DNA of 64,000 nt from assembly GCA_965224485.1 (NCBI GenBank), contig CBDCZH010000015.1, positions 288,001-352,000 of the forward strand. Reading direction: 5' to 3'. A program made the position numbers and the translations under genes. Under the pieces are notes generated by a model, which was not told the DNA's origin, did not search any database, and was given only the letters and a program-made list of their open reading frames with translations. Shown in pieces: positions 33,452-44,143 of this stretch (within the stretch, counting starts at the first letter, position 1; each line of letters begins with the position of its first letter). The DNA comes from Arcobacteraceae bacterium (lineage in GTDB: Bacteria; Campylobacterota; Campylobacteria; Campylobacterales; Arcobacteraceae).

Positions 33452-33881
33452 CATCATCTCCTTTTTTTTCTTTAAAATTACGTGCATTTGTAAAATTTTC
33501 ATTATTAGCAAAGTTTTCAAAGTTTACATTATTTGTAAAACTTGATTTATTCTTTTTCAGAACTCTTCTTGCTAAGATTTGAGCAAAAAAGGAGAACTGT
33601 AAAAGTAAACCAAGGAAATCAGTAAAAAAACCAGGAAGAATCAATAACATCGCACCTAAAGCAACAAAAATATTTTGCTTCATAAAGTCTTCTTGTGAAA
33701 TTTGTTTATTTGCAACAGACATCAAATTTTCTCTTATGGCATATTTATAGTTTTTTAATAAATATATCCCTAGCATACATGAAAAAATAATTTCCAAAAA
33801 TACAAAAAGACCACCAATTTGTCCAGCAATTGCTGATGAAACCATTACTTCTAAAAAAATATATAAAATAAAATATATCAA
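33402..33881 (-). CDS. fxsA: FxsA family membrane protein
   Basis: LLILPGFFTDFLG motif and acidic VIDVE tail. Confidence 0.88.
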   Translation of the reverse strand: MIYFILYIFLEVMVSSAIAGQIGGLFVFLEIIFSCMLGIYLLKNYKYAIRENLMSVANKQISQEDFMKQNIFVALGAMLLILPGFFTDFLGLLLQFSFFAQILARRVLKKNKSSFTNNVNFENFANNENFTNARNFKEKKGDDDVIDVEIIDDKHLIDK

Positions 33882-33955
33882 GTTTAACCTTTTTAAAATT
33901 TAAATATTATAGTAAAAAAGAGTTTAACATCTAAGTATTAACAAAGAATTAATAC

Positions 33956-34189
33956 TTAAATTTTGTTCTTTACAGTAATCTTTTTAATATCAAAAAGTTC
34001 TTTTGCTTTATCTAACATAGCTGAGTTTAAAATATCTTCAATCTGCAACTCTCTTTGAGCCATAGTAGGATTTACTACTTTATTCATATCAGCAACACAA
34101 CCAGAACCTAGTTCAATATCTTCTATCATAGAAGAACTATTATCTTCTACTTCATTTATAGCTATATTTTGTTTTTTTACTTCTTTAGC
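33956..34189 (-). CDS. dnaX: DnaX C-terminal tail (77 codons) in the +1 frame relative to the main dnaX ORF
   Basis: Open frame AKEVKKQ...SSMIEDIELGSGC...ILNSAMLDKAKELFDIKKITVKNKI begins at the CCCC run just before the dnaX stop; absent from the ORF track. Confidence 0.7.
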   Translation of the reverse strand, partial: AKEVKKQNIAINEVEDNSSSMIEDIELGSGCVADMNKVVNPTMAQRELQIEDILNSAMLDKAKELFDIKKITVKNKI

Positions 34190-35963
34190 GGGGTTCTTCC
34201 TTTAGGAAGTCTATTTCAATATTTTTTCCATAAATGTCATAAATGAAAGTTTTAATAATACCAAAATGTTTAAATAAAAGTTTTCTCTGATCTCCTTGGG
34301 CAAAAGAAGAAATATTTAAAGTATTATTATTGAAATTTTTATAAATAAAGTTATCTTCAAAAACTTCACCTAGTTCTACATCTCTATCATATACCCTATT
34401 AATTACTAACTCAAATTTTACCTTGCCTTCATCTTTTACTTCTACTTTTTTCTCTTCTTGAACAATAGGTTTTTCAAGAGTTTGTACAGTTGACAAAGTA
34501 GGAGAACTAGGAGAATTAAGAGAATTAACATTTCCTTGTACAAAATCTTCATTTGCAACTAAAGGCACAGGCTCTTGCACTTTTGGCACTTGCTCTGTAT
34601 GATTTACTTGGATTTCTTCTACTGCTTGTATTTCTTGTCCTAGTATCTCATCTTTTTGCTCTTTTATAAGAACTTCATTTTCTTGTACTTGATTGTTTGC
34701 TAAATCTAAAGTTTCATTTGAACTTGGATTTTCTTGAATTATTGTATTACTAGAATTATCTATATTATCTTTCTTTTCATGATACAGTTCTTGAACGGAC
34801 TCATTTACAACTTCTTTAGATGCTTCATGTGAATGTTCAATTATCTTTTCTTCATTTAAAGAAGCACTAATGTTATTAACATGTTCTAAGTCTTTTTTTA
34901 CTTCTACTTGTTTAACATCATTTATAATATCATTTATACTTCGTAAATTATTAGCTTCAATCATTTTTAAAAGCATTAAAATTAAAACAAAAGAAGAATC
35001 AGAATTTAAGGCTAAGAGATGTTTAGAATCTGCAATTATTCTAAAATATCTATCAAAAATCAATAAATCAAACTTAGGATCTCTTTGGAACATTTTATTT
35101 TTTAGATATATACTCATTTCATCACAAACAGAGCTTATTTCATAGTTTTCTAAACTTTGTGCTATTGCAGTTACATCTGAGTTAGATAATACTAAATCAA
35201 AAATTTCATCCATAAACTTAGGATCAATTAAACCTAACATCTCAACTACACTAGAAGTACTAACCATACCTTTTGAGAAAATTATAGCTTGGTCAAGTAA
35301 AGTTAGAGTATCTCTTAAACTTCCTTGTCCACTTCGTGATAATATTGCTAATGCTTCTTCTTCAAAATCAATACCTTCTTCATTTAAGATATGAGATAAA
35401 TGATGAATAACATCTTTATTTGATATTTTTTTAAATCTAAAGTGTTGAGTTCTGCTTAAAATAGTTGCAGGTAGTTTTAAAGCATCAGTTGTTGCAAGTA
35501 TAAACTTTACAAAACCAGGAGGTTCTTCAAGAGTTTTAAGTAAGGCATTAAAAGCTTGGGTAGTAAGCATATGAACTTCATCAATTATAAAAACTTTAAA
35601 CCTAGCAGAACTTGGTTTATATTTAGTATGTTCTATTAAATCTTTAATATCATCAATACCTCGATTTGAAGCAGCATCCATTTCGATAATATCTAAGTGT
35701 CTATTTGCATTTGCACTTAAACAATTATCACAAGTTTCACAAGGTTTTGACGTAGGTCCAGTTGTACATAATAAAGCTTTTGCCATAATTCTAGCAGTTG
35801 ATGTTTTTCCAGACCCTCTAAGTCCACTAAACAAATAAGCATGAGATAATCTATTTGTATCTAAAGCAAGACTAAGTGTTTGTGAAATCGTATCTTGCCC
35901 TACTAAATCTTCAAATCTTTTTGGTCTATATTTTAGTGCTAGTACTTTTTTTTCTTCAGTCAT
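34185..35963 (-). CDS. dnaX: DNA polymerase III subunit gamma/tau
   Basis: LALKYRP, GLRGSGKT, EMDAASNRG, DEVHML, NALLKTLEEPP, SRT. Confidence 0.97.
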   Translation of the reverse strand: MTEEKKVLALKYRPKRFEDLVGQDTISQTLSLALDTNRLSHAYLFSGLRGSGKTSTARIMAKALLCTTGPTSKPCETCDNCLSANANRHLDIIEMDAASNRGIDDIKDLIEHTKYKPSSARFKVFIIDEVHMLTTQAFNALLKTLEEPPGFVKFILATTDALKLPATILSRTQHFRFKKISNKDVIHHLSHILNEEGIDFEEEALAILSRSGQGSLRDTLTLLDQAIIFSKGMVSTSSVVEMLGLIDPKFMDEIFDLVLSNSDVTAIAQSLENYEISSVCDEMSIYLKNKMFQRDPKFDLLIFDRYFRIIADSKHLLALNSDSSFVLILMLLKMIEANNLRSINDIINDVKQVEVKKDLEHVNNISASLNEEKIIEHSHEASKEVVNESVQELYHEKKDNIDNSSNTIIQENPSSNETLDLANNQVQENEVLIKEQKDEILGQEIQAVEEIQVNHTEQVPKVQEPVPLVANEDFVQGNVNSLNSPSSPTLSTVQTLEKPIVQEEKKVEVKDEGKVKFELVINRVYDRDVELGEVFEDNFIYKNFNNNTLNISSFAQGDQRKLLFKHFGIIKTFIYDIYGKNIEIDFLKEEPR

Positions 35964-36717
35964 CTAATAAACTCCCTAACCATGATTTAGCTACTTTTTT
36001 TAAATTTTCTGGATTTTCTGTTGCAAAAAATGAAACTTTTTGCTTTTTAAAATTTTTATTATACTTATGTTCTTTTTTTATAAACTCTACTATTGCATCA
36101 CCTGAATGAATAGTTTTACAATTATTAAAATATTTTGATATCTCGTTTTGTATTAGAGGAAAGTGAGTACAGCCTAAAATAACCGCATCAATTTGTTTGC
36201 TTTGTTTTAAGTCTTTAAAATAATAATCCAAACATGCGTTTAAAACTTCACCTTTTAAAATACCTTCTTCAACTAAAGAAACTAGAAGACCAGTTTGTAA
36301 AGAAGTGATATTTTCATAACCTATTTGTTTTAATTTTGTTTCATATCTTTTTGTTGCAATTGTACCTTTTGTAGCAATTACTAATATATTGTCTTTTTTA
36401 TTTTTTACTTGTTCTTGCACAGCTAAAACACCAGGTTGGATAACCCCAATAACAGGGATATTTGCAACCTCTCGTAATTCATTTATTGCAAAAGCACAAG
36501 CAGTATTACAAGCAACTATTATCATATCAACATCAAAATTTTTAAAAAATTCTAAGGCTTCAAGGGAGTATCTTATGATAGTATTTTTATCTTTTGCTCC
36601 ATAAGGTACTCTAGCTGTATCCCCATAATAAATTATTTCTTCAAATAGTTTATGTTCAAGTAAAGATTTAACTACACTTAATCCACCAATACCTGAATCA
36701 AATACTGCAACTTTCAA
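35956..36717 (-). CDS. murI: Glutamate racemase
   Basis: FDSGIGGL, PYG, ACNTA, LGCTHFP. Confidence 0.97.
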   Translation of the reverse strand: MKVAVFDSGIGGLSVVKSLLEHKLFEEIIYYGDTARVPYGAKDKNTIIRYSLEALEFFKNFDVDMIIVACNTACAFAINELREVANIPVIGVIQPGVLAVQEQVKNKKDNILVIATKGTIATKRYETKLKQIGYENITSLQTGLLVSLVEEGILKGEVLNACLDYYFKDLKQSKQIDAVILGCTHFPLIQNEISKYFNNCKTIHSGDAIVEFIKKEHKYNKNFKKQKVSFFATENPENLKKVAKSWLGSLLDD

Positions 36718-36779
36718 ATATATTCCTTAATAAAATTTAAGAAAGTATATCTAAAAGTGCATAACTAAAATGTTAAAGC

Positions 36780-39299
36780 TTAAAAACTTTCCCAGTCATC
36801 TGAGTCATTATTAGCAACAAAATCTTTTTTGCTAGTTTCAGTTTTTACAGGCTCTTTTATTTTTCTTATATTTGTTTCTTGTTTAACTTGTATAGAGGCG
36901 TTTACTCTTGTACTTTTCTCTTCTACTTTAGGTGAATGATTTCTTTGTTTTACTAAATCTTTTCCATCAAACTCTTTTTCATTTGCACTTGAAACAATAA
37001 GTTTTGCTACATTATCTGTTTGCTCAGCTATTGTTTGTGTATTATTAGCAATCACAACATTTTCTTGAGTTTTTTGATCAAGATTATTAACAGCATCATT
37101 AATCTGATTAATACCTTCTAACTGCTCTTTTGAAGCGCCTTCAATATCTTTTATTAAAGAAATTGTTTTATTGATATTATTATTTAAAGAGGTATAACCA
37201 TGAATCATATCTTGAGATATTGTTTTACCTTCATTGGCTTTTACCTTTGCATTCTCTACTAAATCTTTTATCTCTTTAGCAGCTTCTGCTGATCTACTTG
37301 CAAGATTTCTTACTTCTTGGGCAACTACTGCGAAACCTTTTCCAGCTTCACCTGCTGTTGCTGCTTCTACTGCTGCATTTAAAGATAGAATATTTGTTTG
37401 GAAAGCAATTTGATCAATTACTGTAATTGCTTCGTTAATTGATCCAACTTGATCATTAATTTCATCCATTGCATTAGTTGTTTTATTCGCTAAGTCTTCA
37501 CCTTCTTTAGCAGAATCCATTAATAAATTAGCATAAGAAGACATTTCTTCTATGTGGTGAGTATTTCCAGTAATTGCACTAGTTATTTCTTCTAAGGCTG
37601 CTGCTGTTTCTTCTAGGGAAGCTGCTGTTTGATTTGAGTTATTGTTTAAAGTATTTACATCTTCTAGCAGAAGTTTTGAACTTGATTCCAAACTTAAACC
37701 ATTTGATTTATTCTCAACTAACATTGTTGTAATAGAAGTTCCTAAAGAGTTAACACCTAGTGCTAGTTTTTTTAAATGCTCTTTTAAATCTTTTGTATTA
37801 ATTTTATTTAAATAATTATAATTTGAGTACTGTTCTAAAACATTTAATACTTCATCAATATTATGTTCAATATTAGAGCCCATTTTATTTAAAACATTTT
37901 TTAACTGCATTAAAGCCGGGTTAGTTACACTTAAATCAACTCTTTGACATAAATCACCTTGCTCAAATTCAGATAAAACTAATATTGTTTCATCTATTAA
38001 TTTTCTATCTTCTTCAATACCAGCTTTAGTTTTAATAATATTTTCATTAACAACCTTAGCCATCTGACCAATTTCATCATTATTTCTAACTTCTAAAGAA
38101 TGTACTTTATTTGTTTCTCTATTTAAATATTTAAAAAAGTTCAATAAACCTTCTTCAAATTCTACTAAAGGTTCAATAATTATTCTTGAACTAATAAAAC
38201 CAATTAATAACATTAATACTATTAAAGATGCAAAAGCACTTATACATATATATATTATAAAATCATTAATATCAGCATTAGTTTTATTTTTCATAATTGT
38301 TATATTTTCTTCTATTTCATCTACATAAGCAGAAGTTCCTATAATCCAATTCCATTGTTTAAAAGATTGTACATAAGATAATTTATGCTCAGGAGTACTT
38401 GAACCTTCTCGTAACCAATTATATTTTAGTAAACCTTCATTTTTGTTATTTGCAATATTTAGCATTTTTCTAAAAAGATAATCACCATTAGCATCTTTAA
38501 AATCAACTAAAGACTTCCCATTTAAAGAAGGTTTCTTTGGATGCATTAACATTTCATTCTTAGTATTCATAATCCAAAAATAACTATCTTTTCCATATTC
38601 CATACTTGAAATTAAACTAAGTGCTTCTTTTTGCATACTTTGTTTAATATTATCAATATAAGCCCCTGTTCCTATAATCCAGTTATATGGTTCAAATACT
38701 TTTACTATAGAAGCTTTATATACAGTTTTTTTACTAGAAGGACTATAAAATGAGTACTCTATATATGCTTCTTTTTTATTCTCTAAAGCTTTAACTGCTA
38801 AAGGAACAAAAGTAACTTCTTTTGAGTTTTTATAATTCTTTTGATTCATCTCTTTTTTTATAGGATGCATAATCATATTATAGGAAAAATCGTTAATCCA
38901 AAAATAACCAGCTTTGCCATATCTAGAAGCTGCTATTATTTTTTTGATTCTTAATTTTAACTCTTCTTGCGGAATAAGATATTTATAAGTATTATATTCA
39001 TTTGTTATTATTGAAAATAAAAAATCTTCTTGCTCTTTTATATAACCTTGAACTTCATTTTTAATTTTATCTTTAGCTGTTCTTTGATAAAAAGAATCAA
39101 CAGATTTAAGAGCTAAAGAAAGATAGTTTTTAAGTTCTAATTCTTTATTCTTATAAGCTTCAATTTTATAACTTTTGATTTTTGCAGCTGATAGTTTCTC
39201 CATAGAATAAATTGATTGAAACGACAAAATACAAGATACTGTTATTATAGTAAACAGTAGTATTAACTGTAATTTAATTTTAATTGTTAAATTTTTCAC
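36780..39299 (-). CDS. Methyl-accepting chemotaxis protein with tandem Cache domains
   Basis: Two YFWI...MHP...WIIGT Cache repeats, two TMs, [21 protein letters not shown] signalling domain, DDWESF tail. Confidence 0.95.
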   Translation of the reverse strand: MKNLTIKIKLQLILLFTIITVSCILSFQSIYSMEKLSAAKIKSYKIEAYKNKELELKNYLSLALKSVDSFYQRTAKDKIKNEVQGYIKEQEDFLFSIITNEYNTYKYLIPQEELKLRIKKIIAASRYGKAGYFWINDFSYNMIMHPIKKEMNQKNYKNSKEVTFVPLAVKALENKKEAYIEYSFYSPSSKKTVYKASIVKVFEPYNWIIGTGAYIDNIKQSMQKEALSLISSMEYGKDSYFWIMNTKNEMLMHPKKPSLNGKSLVDFKDANGDYLFRKMLNIANNKNEGLLKYNWLREGSSTPEHKLSYVQSFKQWNWIIGTSAYVDEIEENITIMKNKTNADINDFIIYICISAFASLIVLMLLIGFISSRIIIEPLVEFEEGLLNFFKYLNRETNKVHSLEVRNNDEIGQMAKVVNENIIKTKAGIEEDRKLIDETILVLSEFEQGDLCQRVDLSVTNPALMQLKNVLNKMGSNIEHNIDEVLNVLEQYSNYNYLNKINTKDLKEHLKKLALGVNSLGTSITTMLVENKSNGLSLESSSKLLLEDVNTLNNNSNQTAASLEETAAALEEITSAITGNTHHIEEMSSYANLLMDSAKEGEDLANKTTNAMDEINDQVGSINEAITVIDQIAFQTNILSLNAAVEAATAGEAGKGFAVVAQEVRNLASRSAEAAKEIKDLVENAKVKANEGKTISQDMIHGYTSLNNNINKTISLIKDIEGASKEQLEGINQINDAVNNLDQKTQENVVIANNTQTIAEQTDNVAKLIVSSANEKEFDGKDLVKQRNHSPKVEEKSTRVNASIQVKQETNIRKIKEPVKTETSKKDFVANNDSDDWESF

Positions 39300-39756
39300 G
39301 TACGACTAACCCTTTTTTAGAAAATTATTTATATATATACAAAAGAAAGACAAAACCAAAAAAACTTTTCTATATCCCTATTATATAAAGATGAAGAGAA
39401 TTTATGCCTAAATTTATTTATAAATAAAAAATTATTATCTATTTTTATTAATTGAATTTTAGCTAAAAAAACTAATATATTCTTTAAAGATTACGAGAAA
39501 TTTATGGATAATAATTTTCTATTATGAATATTAATAATAGTTATTATTTTTATGTTTATAATGTTTTTTTGTATTTAAAATTAAATAATTTTCATGGTAA
39601 ATAAAAAGGTATTAGAAGAGCCTAATTATCGATTCCTTCGAAAATAGAAATTATTTAGAAGAAAAATTATTTTTGCTTTTTAAAAAAAGCTGAAAGTAGT
39701 ATTTTAAGAAATATTTATAGTTTATAAATTTCAATATTTATATGTTTTCTATAATA

Positions 39757-39791
39757 AAAAATAAGTTAAGTTAGAAAACTTAACTTATTTT
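39757..39791 (-). terminator. Terminator after metQ
   Basis: AAAATAAGTTAAGTT...AACTTAACTTATTTT inverted repeat. Confidence 0.6.
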
Positions 39792-39799
39792 ATCAATAA

Positions 39800-40624
39800 T
39801 TAGAATGATTCTACTATTGAACCCTTATATTTTTCTCTTATAAAAGCTTTAACTTCAGGAGAAGTAACAGCTTCATTTAATGCTTTTATATAGTCTTTAT
39901 TTTCATTACCTTTTTTAACAACAATTATATTTGCGTAAGGTGAATCTTTACTTTCAAGAACTAAAGCATCTTTTAAAGGATTAAGATTTGCACTTAAAGC
40001 ATAATTAGTATTAATAATAGCAGCTGCAACTTCATCTAAAACTCTTGGTAATTGAGGTGCATCTAACTCTTTGATTTTTAAGTTTTTTGGATTGTTAATA
40101 ATATCAATAACTGTTTTAAACTCAACATCCTTAAAGGTTAATAAACCTGCATTAACTAAAAGATCTAAAGCACGACTTTCATTAGTTGGATCATTAGGAA
40201 CTGCAATTGTATCACCATCTTTAAGTTCATTTAAATTAATAATTTTCTTAGAATAAACGCCCATAGGTTCTAAGTGAACACTAACTGTTTTTACCAAAGA
40301 TGTTTTTTTATTTTTATTAAACTGCTCTAAATATGGAAGATGTTGAAAAAAATTAGCATCAAGTTCACCTTCATCAACAGCAATATTTGGAGTTACGTAA
40401 TCAGTAAACTCAACAATTTGTAAATCATAACCTTTAGCTTTTAGTAAGGGTTTAACAATTTGTAAAATCTCAACATGAGGAACAGGAGTAGCTCCAATTC
40501 TAATAACAGTTTTTTTAACTTCTTCTTTTTTTGTACTTTGCTCATTATCTTTTTTATCTGAACAAGCATTTAATACAAATGCAAGTGCAACAACAAAAGA
40601 TACTTTTAAAATATTCTTTAACAT
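39800..40624 (-). CDS. metQ: Methionine ABC transporter lipoprotein
   Basis: Lipobox LNAC, GATPVPH, DANFFQH, PNDPTNESRAL. Confidence 0.93.
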   Translation of the reverse strand: MLKNILKVSFVVALAFVLNACSDKKDNEQSTKKEEVKKTVIRIGATPVPHVEILQIVKPLLKAKGYDLQIVEFTDYVTPNIAVDEGELDANFFQHLPYLEQFNKNKKTSLVKTVSVHLEPMGVYSKKIINLNELKDGDTIAVPNDPTNESRALDLLVNAGLLTFKDVEFKTVIDIINNPKNLKIKELDAPQLPRVLDEVAAAIINTNYALSANLNPLKDALVLESKDSPYANIIVVKKGNENKDYIKALNEAVTSPEVKAFIREKYKGSIVESF

Positions 40625-40642
40625 TTTTATCCTTTTAATTTT

Positions 40643-41296
40643 TTACTTTTTTGTAATTTTATATAAATAATCCCCAAAGCTTTGTACAAGTTGTACTAAA
40701 GCAATAAGAATTAAAACAGTATACATCATAGTATCACTTTGGAACCTATAATATCCATATTTAATAGCAACATCACCTAAACCACCACCACCAACAGCTC
40801 CAGCCATTGCAGAGAAACCAACAACTGTAATTAGAGTTAGAGTAATTGCTGAAATTATACTAGGTAAGGCTTCAACAAACATAACTTTAAAAATAATTTG
40901 CATATCACTAGCACCAAAAGATTTAGCAGCTTCAATCACACCTATTTCCACTTCTTTTAAAGCACTCTCAATAAGTCTTGCAACAAAAGGAGCAGCACCA
41001 ATAGTTAAAGGAATAATAGCAGCAGTCGTACCAATACTCTTACCAATTAAAAACTTAGTAACAGGGAAAAGTATAATCATTAAGATTATAAAAGGAAATG
41101 ATCTTAAGGTATTTATTAAAACATCTAAGGTTCTATATACTTTTAGATTTTCTCTTAAACCATCTTTTGAAGTAAGTATTAAAATAACTGCGAAAAAAAG
41201 ACCAATAAGAACTGCAAAAAAAGTAGAAACTAAAGACATATATACAGTTTCACCCAAAGCAGGCAATAAAATATTTAACATTATATTTTCTCCCAA
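40643..41296 (-). CDS. metI: Methionine ABC transporter permease
   Basis: [11 protein letters not shown] motif, [13 protein letters not shown]. Confidence 0.93.
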   Translation of the reverse strand: MGENIMLNILLPALGETVYMSLVSTFFAVLIGLFFAVILILTSKDGLRENLKVYRTLDVLINTLRSFPFIILMIILFPVTKFLIGKSIGTTAAIIPLTIGAAPFVARLIESALKEVEIGVIEAAKSFGASDMQIIFKVMFVEALPSIISAITLTLITVVGFSAMAGAVGGGGLGDVAIKYGYYRFQSDTMMYTVLILIALVQLVQSFGDYLYKITKK

Positions 41297-42237
41297 ACAA
41301 TATCAGATTTACTCATATATGAATAAACTCTTTTTTCATCAATTTTTTTAATATTTATAACCATATTTCCAACTATATGAGTATTTATCTCTTCTAGTTT
41401 TCCCCAAACAATATTAAAATCCATATCTAACTCTCTTGCCATTTTAGTGATAAAAGATTGAGAAGCATTATCTTTTGGAAAGTACAATTTAATATTAATA
41501 CCAACTTTTGGTAAAACTTCTTTTTCACCTAAAAATTCTTTCATTTTTGCATCTGGTTTTAAAAACAATTCTTCTGTCTCATCAAGACCTATAATATTTC
41601 CATGTTCTAATAAAAGTGAACGTTGGGCTATTTGTTTAACTACTTCCATTTCATGAGTTACAATTACAATAGTAATATTTAGTTTTTTATTAATTTCTTT
41701 TAAAAGATTTAAAATACTAACCGTAGTATTTGGATCAAGAGCAGAAGTAGCTTCATCTGAAAGTAAAATTTCAGGATCAAGAGTTAAAGCTCTTGCAATT
41801 GCAACTCTTTGTTTCTGCCCTCCACTTAGTTCACCTGGATAAGCAGAGCTTTTATTCTCAAGTCCGACTAAAAGAAGTAAGTCTTTAACTTTTTTTTCTA
41901 TTTCTTCTTTTGTATATCCCCAAAGTTGCATAGGTAAGGCAATATTTTGAAATACTGTTTTTCTTGAAAGAAGTGAAAAATGCTGAAAAATCATTCCAAC
42001 ATTTTTTCTAAAAACTCTAAGTTCATCTTTTTTAAGACTTAAAATCTCTTTATTGTTAACTTGTAAAGAACCACTTTTATAAGTTTCAAGTCCATTTATA
42101 CATCTTAAAAGTGTAGATTTTCCGGCACCACTGTGTCCAACAATAGCAAAAATCTCACCTTTTTTTATATTTATACTAATATTATTTAGCACTTGCGTAC
42201 TTCCATAATATTTATTTAAATTCTTTATATTTATCAT
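41281..42237 (-). CDS. metN: Methionine ABC transporter ATPase
   Basis: [26 protein letters not shown]-terminal NIL-like domain. Confidence 0.93.
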   Translation of the reverse strand: MINIKNLNKYYGSTQVLNNISINIKKGEIFAIVGHSGAGKSTLLRCINGLETYKSGSLQVNNKEILSLKKDELRVFRKNVGMIFQHFSLLSRKTVFQNIALPMQLWGYTKEEIEKKVKDLLLLVGLENKSSAYPGELSGGQKQRVAIARALTLDPEILLSDEATSALDPNTTVSILNLLKEINKKLNITIVIVTHEMEVVKQIAQRSLLLEHGNIIGLDETEELFLKPDAKMKEFLGEKEVLPKVGINIKLYFPKDNASQSFITKMARELDMDFNIVWGKLEEINTHIVGNMVINIKKIDEKRVYSYMSKSDIVWEKI

Positions 42238-42413
42238 AAAATACCTTTATTAAGGACGCAATGATATAGGATTTTTCATAAGTATTACGTTAAGTGAAAA
42301 AGATAGAAATATTAATCAGTATTAAAAAAGAAGATAAGAGAAATAATACTTTTTCTTTGGGAGTAAAGAAGTATGATACTTTACAAAAATAAATCTTTTT
42401 GATATAATCTACT

Positions 42414-42490
42414 TATAATTGTCCTTCGGGATCGTCCCTGCTTTTGCAGGGCAAACATCATTCAATAAGTTTAATTAACTTATCTTTTAT
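42414..42490 (+). ncRNA. Candidate small RNA (UUCG hairpin, GC hairpin, terminator), left copy
   Basis: TGATATAAT extended -10 at 42400-42408, then TCC-TTCG-GGA, CCCTGC-TTTT-GCAGGG and ATAAGTT/AACTTAT followed by a T-run. Confidence 0.5.
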
Positions 42491-42576
42491 TTTTAAAAAA
42501 TCAAATTCATTAACTTTAGCAATAAATAATATTAAATATTATCTCTAAAATATTATCTTCTATGTTATAATAACAA

Positions 42577-42708
42577 ATGGAAAATTTTTACAATGAATTA
42601 ATATCTTTCTCTTTAATAGTAGCAGTAGTTTTACTTTTGGCTTTTTTTACTAAGAAAAAAGAAGATCAGTATAAAAAAATAGATGAAGAAGAAAATAAAG
42701 ATTTGTAG
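42577..42708 (+). CDS. 43-aa single-TM small protein, probably leaderless
   Basis: MENFYNELISFSLIVAVVLLLAFFTKKKEDQYKKIDEEENKDL; TGTTATAAT ends at 42571, 5 nt before the ATG; no SD. Confidence 0.6.
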   Translation: MENFYNELISFSLIVAVVLLLAFFTKKKEDQYKKIDEEENKDL

Positions 42709-42725
42709 GGTTTTAAATTAATATT

Positions 42726-43073
42726 CTACTTTAAAATATCTACGATTACTTTTTGCATATTTGGTAGTTTTTCTCTTATTACAATTTCAATAACGCTAAG
42801 ATTTAGGCCTTCATAATCATGAACAATATAATTTCTTATATCGTAACTTCCTTTTAGGTCATTCTTATTAAACAGACTTAAAATCTCAAACTCACCATCT
42901 TTTGATAATTTATCAAATTGCTCAGCAATAGAAGTTAAATGCATCATAATCGATGCTCTAGAATTTTCTTCATCTTCTAAAGCTCTTATGATTCCATCAT
43001 TATGTTCAACAATATTTTGTATAAACTCAATTTTACGAAGTATTGTATTTAATCTATTTGTTACTTTAGACAA
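42726..43073 (-). CDS. HEPN (DUF86/HepT-like) ribonuclease toxin
   Basis: RNYIVHDY fits the RX4HXY motif; directly downstream of an MNT gene. Confidence 0.9.
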   Translation of the reverse strand: MSKVTNRLNTILRKIEFIQNIVEHNDGIIRALEDEENSRASIMMHLTSIAEQFDKLSKDGEFEILSLFNKNDLKGSYDIRNYIVHDYEGLNLSVIEIVIREKLPNMQKVIVDILK

Positions 43074-43377
43074 ATAAAACTTCTTTAGATATTTGATTCT
43101 TTAAAGAAGAAGAACTATCTAAATCAAAAATATCACTTCTAATTTTAAATTTTTTATAAACCATAGTTTTAATTTTATTAATTTCATCAAAATATTTCCA
43201 TACATCATTTTTAATAAGAAAATCTTTTTTAATTTTAATTGCAATATCAATATCACTAGATGTAGTAGCAGTATTTTTTGCATAACTTCCAAATAAACCC
43301 AAAGATTCTATTCCATCTTTTTGTAAAGTTGGTTTTATCATAGAAAGAAAAGTTAATATATCTTTTTGAGTAGGCAT
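43066..43377 (-). CDS. Minimal nucleotidyltransferase (MntA-like) antitoxin
   Basis: LFGSYAK...SDID (GS-x10-DxD). Confidence 0.9.
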   Translation of the reverse strand: MPTQKDILTFLSMIKPTLQKDGIESLGLFGSYAKNTATTSSDIDIAIKIKKDFLIKNDVWKYFDEINKIKTMVYKKFKIRSDIFDLDSSSSLKNQISKEVLFV

Positions 43378-43865
43378 TTAAAACCTTTTTGTTTTTTATC
43401 ATTATACATAAGTTTGGAAAAGAAATCAAATTGATTTACCAATATAAGATTATGATGCTTATTTAAATCATTTACGCATCATTTTTGATGCGATAAGTAG
43501 AATTTTACACCTCATAAATGATTCGTAAATTATATTTAGAAGAAGGAATATGCTTTCTTTTTGAAGGGTGCAATCATCAGTTTACAATTAATGTATCAGA
43601 ATTGTAATAATTCATTCTTTTTAGGTATATTTGGAAAAATATCACTTTAAATTTTTCATATAAAGTATTTTAATTAAATATAATAAAAATCGTAACACTA
43701 ATTTCTAATATACTTATCAATTATATTCTTTGTAAGTCTCTTAAATAGGTATTTGAATAGATATTGATATATTAAAGTTAAAATGCACGAGGAAGGAGGA
43801 AGTTCTTCGATAAAAGTAGCAAGGTCTTCATCCACCTAAATCTAATACCTTAGGAGTACTATTAT

Positions 43866-44065
43866 TTATTAGTTTATATATTAAAATAGTTTTAACTAAC
43901 TGGTACTTGCTCTTGAAAACTTACAGTTCCCGCTTTCTTACTTTTCTTTTGGGATTTAGTTACTTTGTTTTTGCATGTATTAAGAAAAAGTAAGCATGCA
44001 CGAAGTACGAGCAAATTCATCGATAAAAACGACTACGATTCATTGGACTAAAGGCTTCCTAAATA
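43866..44065 (+). repeat. Structured repeat, partial copy A (5' flank plus first module)
   Basis: TTATTAGTTTATATATTAAAATAGT...TTGCTCTTG...CAGTTCCCGCTTTCTTACTTTT...AAAAGTAAGCA...CTAAAGGCT, matching 47546+ and 51781+. Confidence 0.85.
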
Positions 44066-44143
44066 TATAACAAATTGAAATAAAACTTGATCTTTTTATA
44101 AAATTTGACTATAATTACAAAAAAAGAAATAAGGGGTATAAGT

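Noticed and set aside
39300..39760. Hidden gene or c-di-GMP riboswitch upstream of the MCP
   Set aside because: Extremely AT-rich, with no convincing ORF or riboswitch consensus.
42238..42400. SAM riboswitch or T-box upstream of metNIQ
   Set aside because: The leader is short and AT-rich with no recognisable riboswitch core; the nearby UUCG unit is on the opposite strand.
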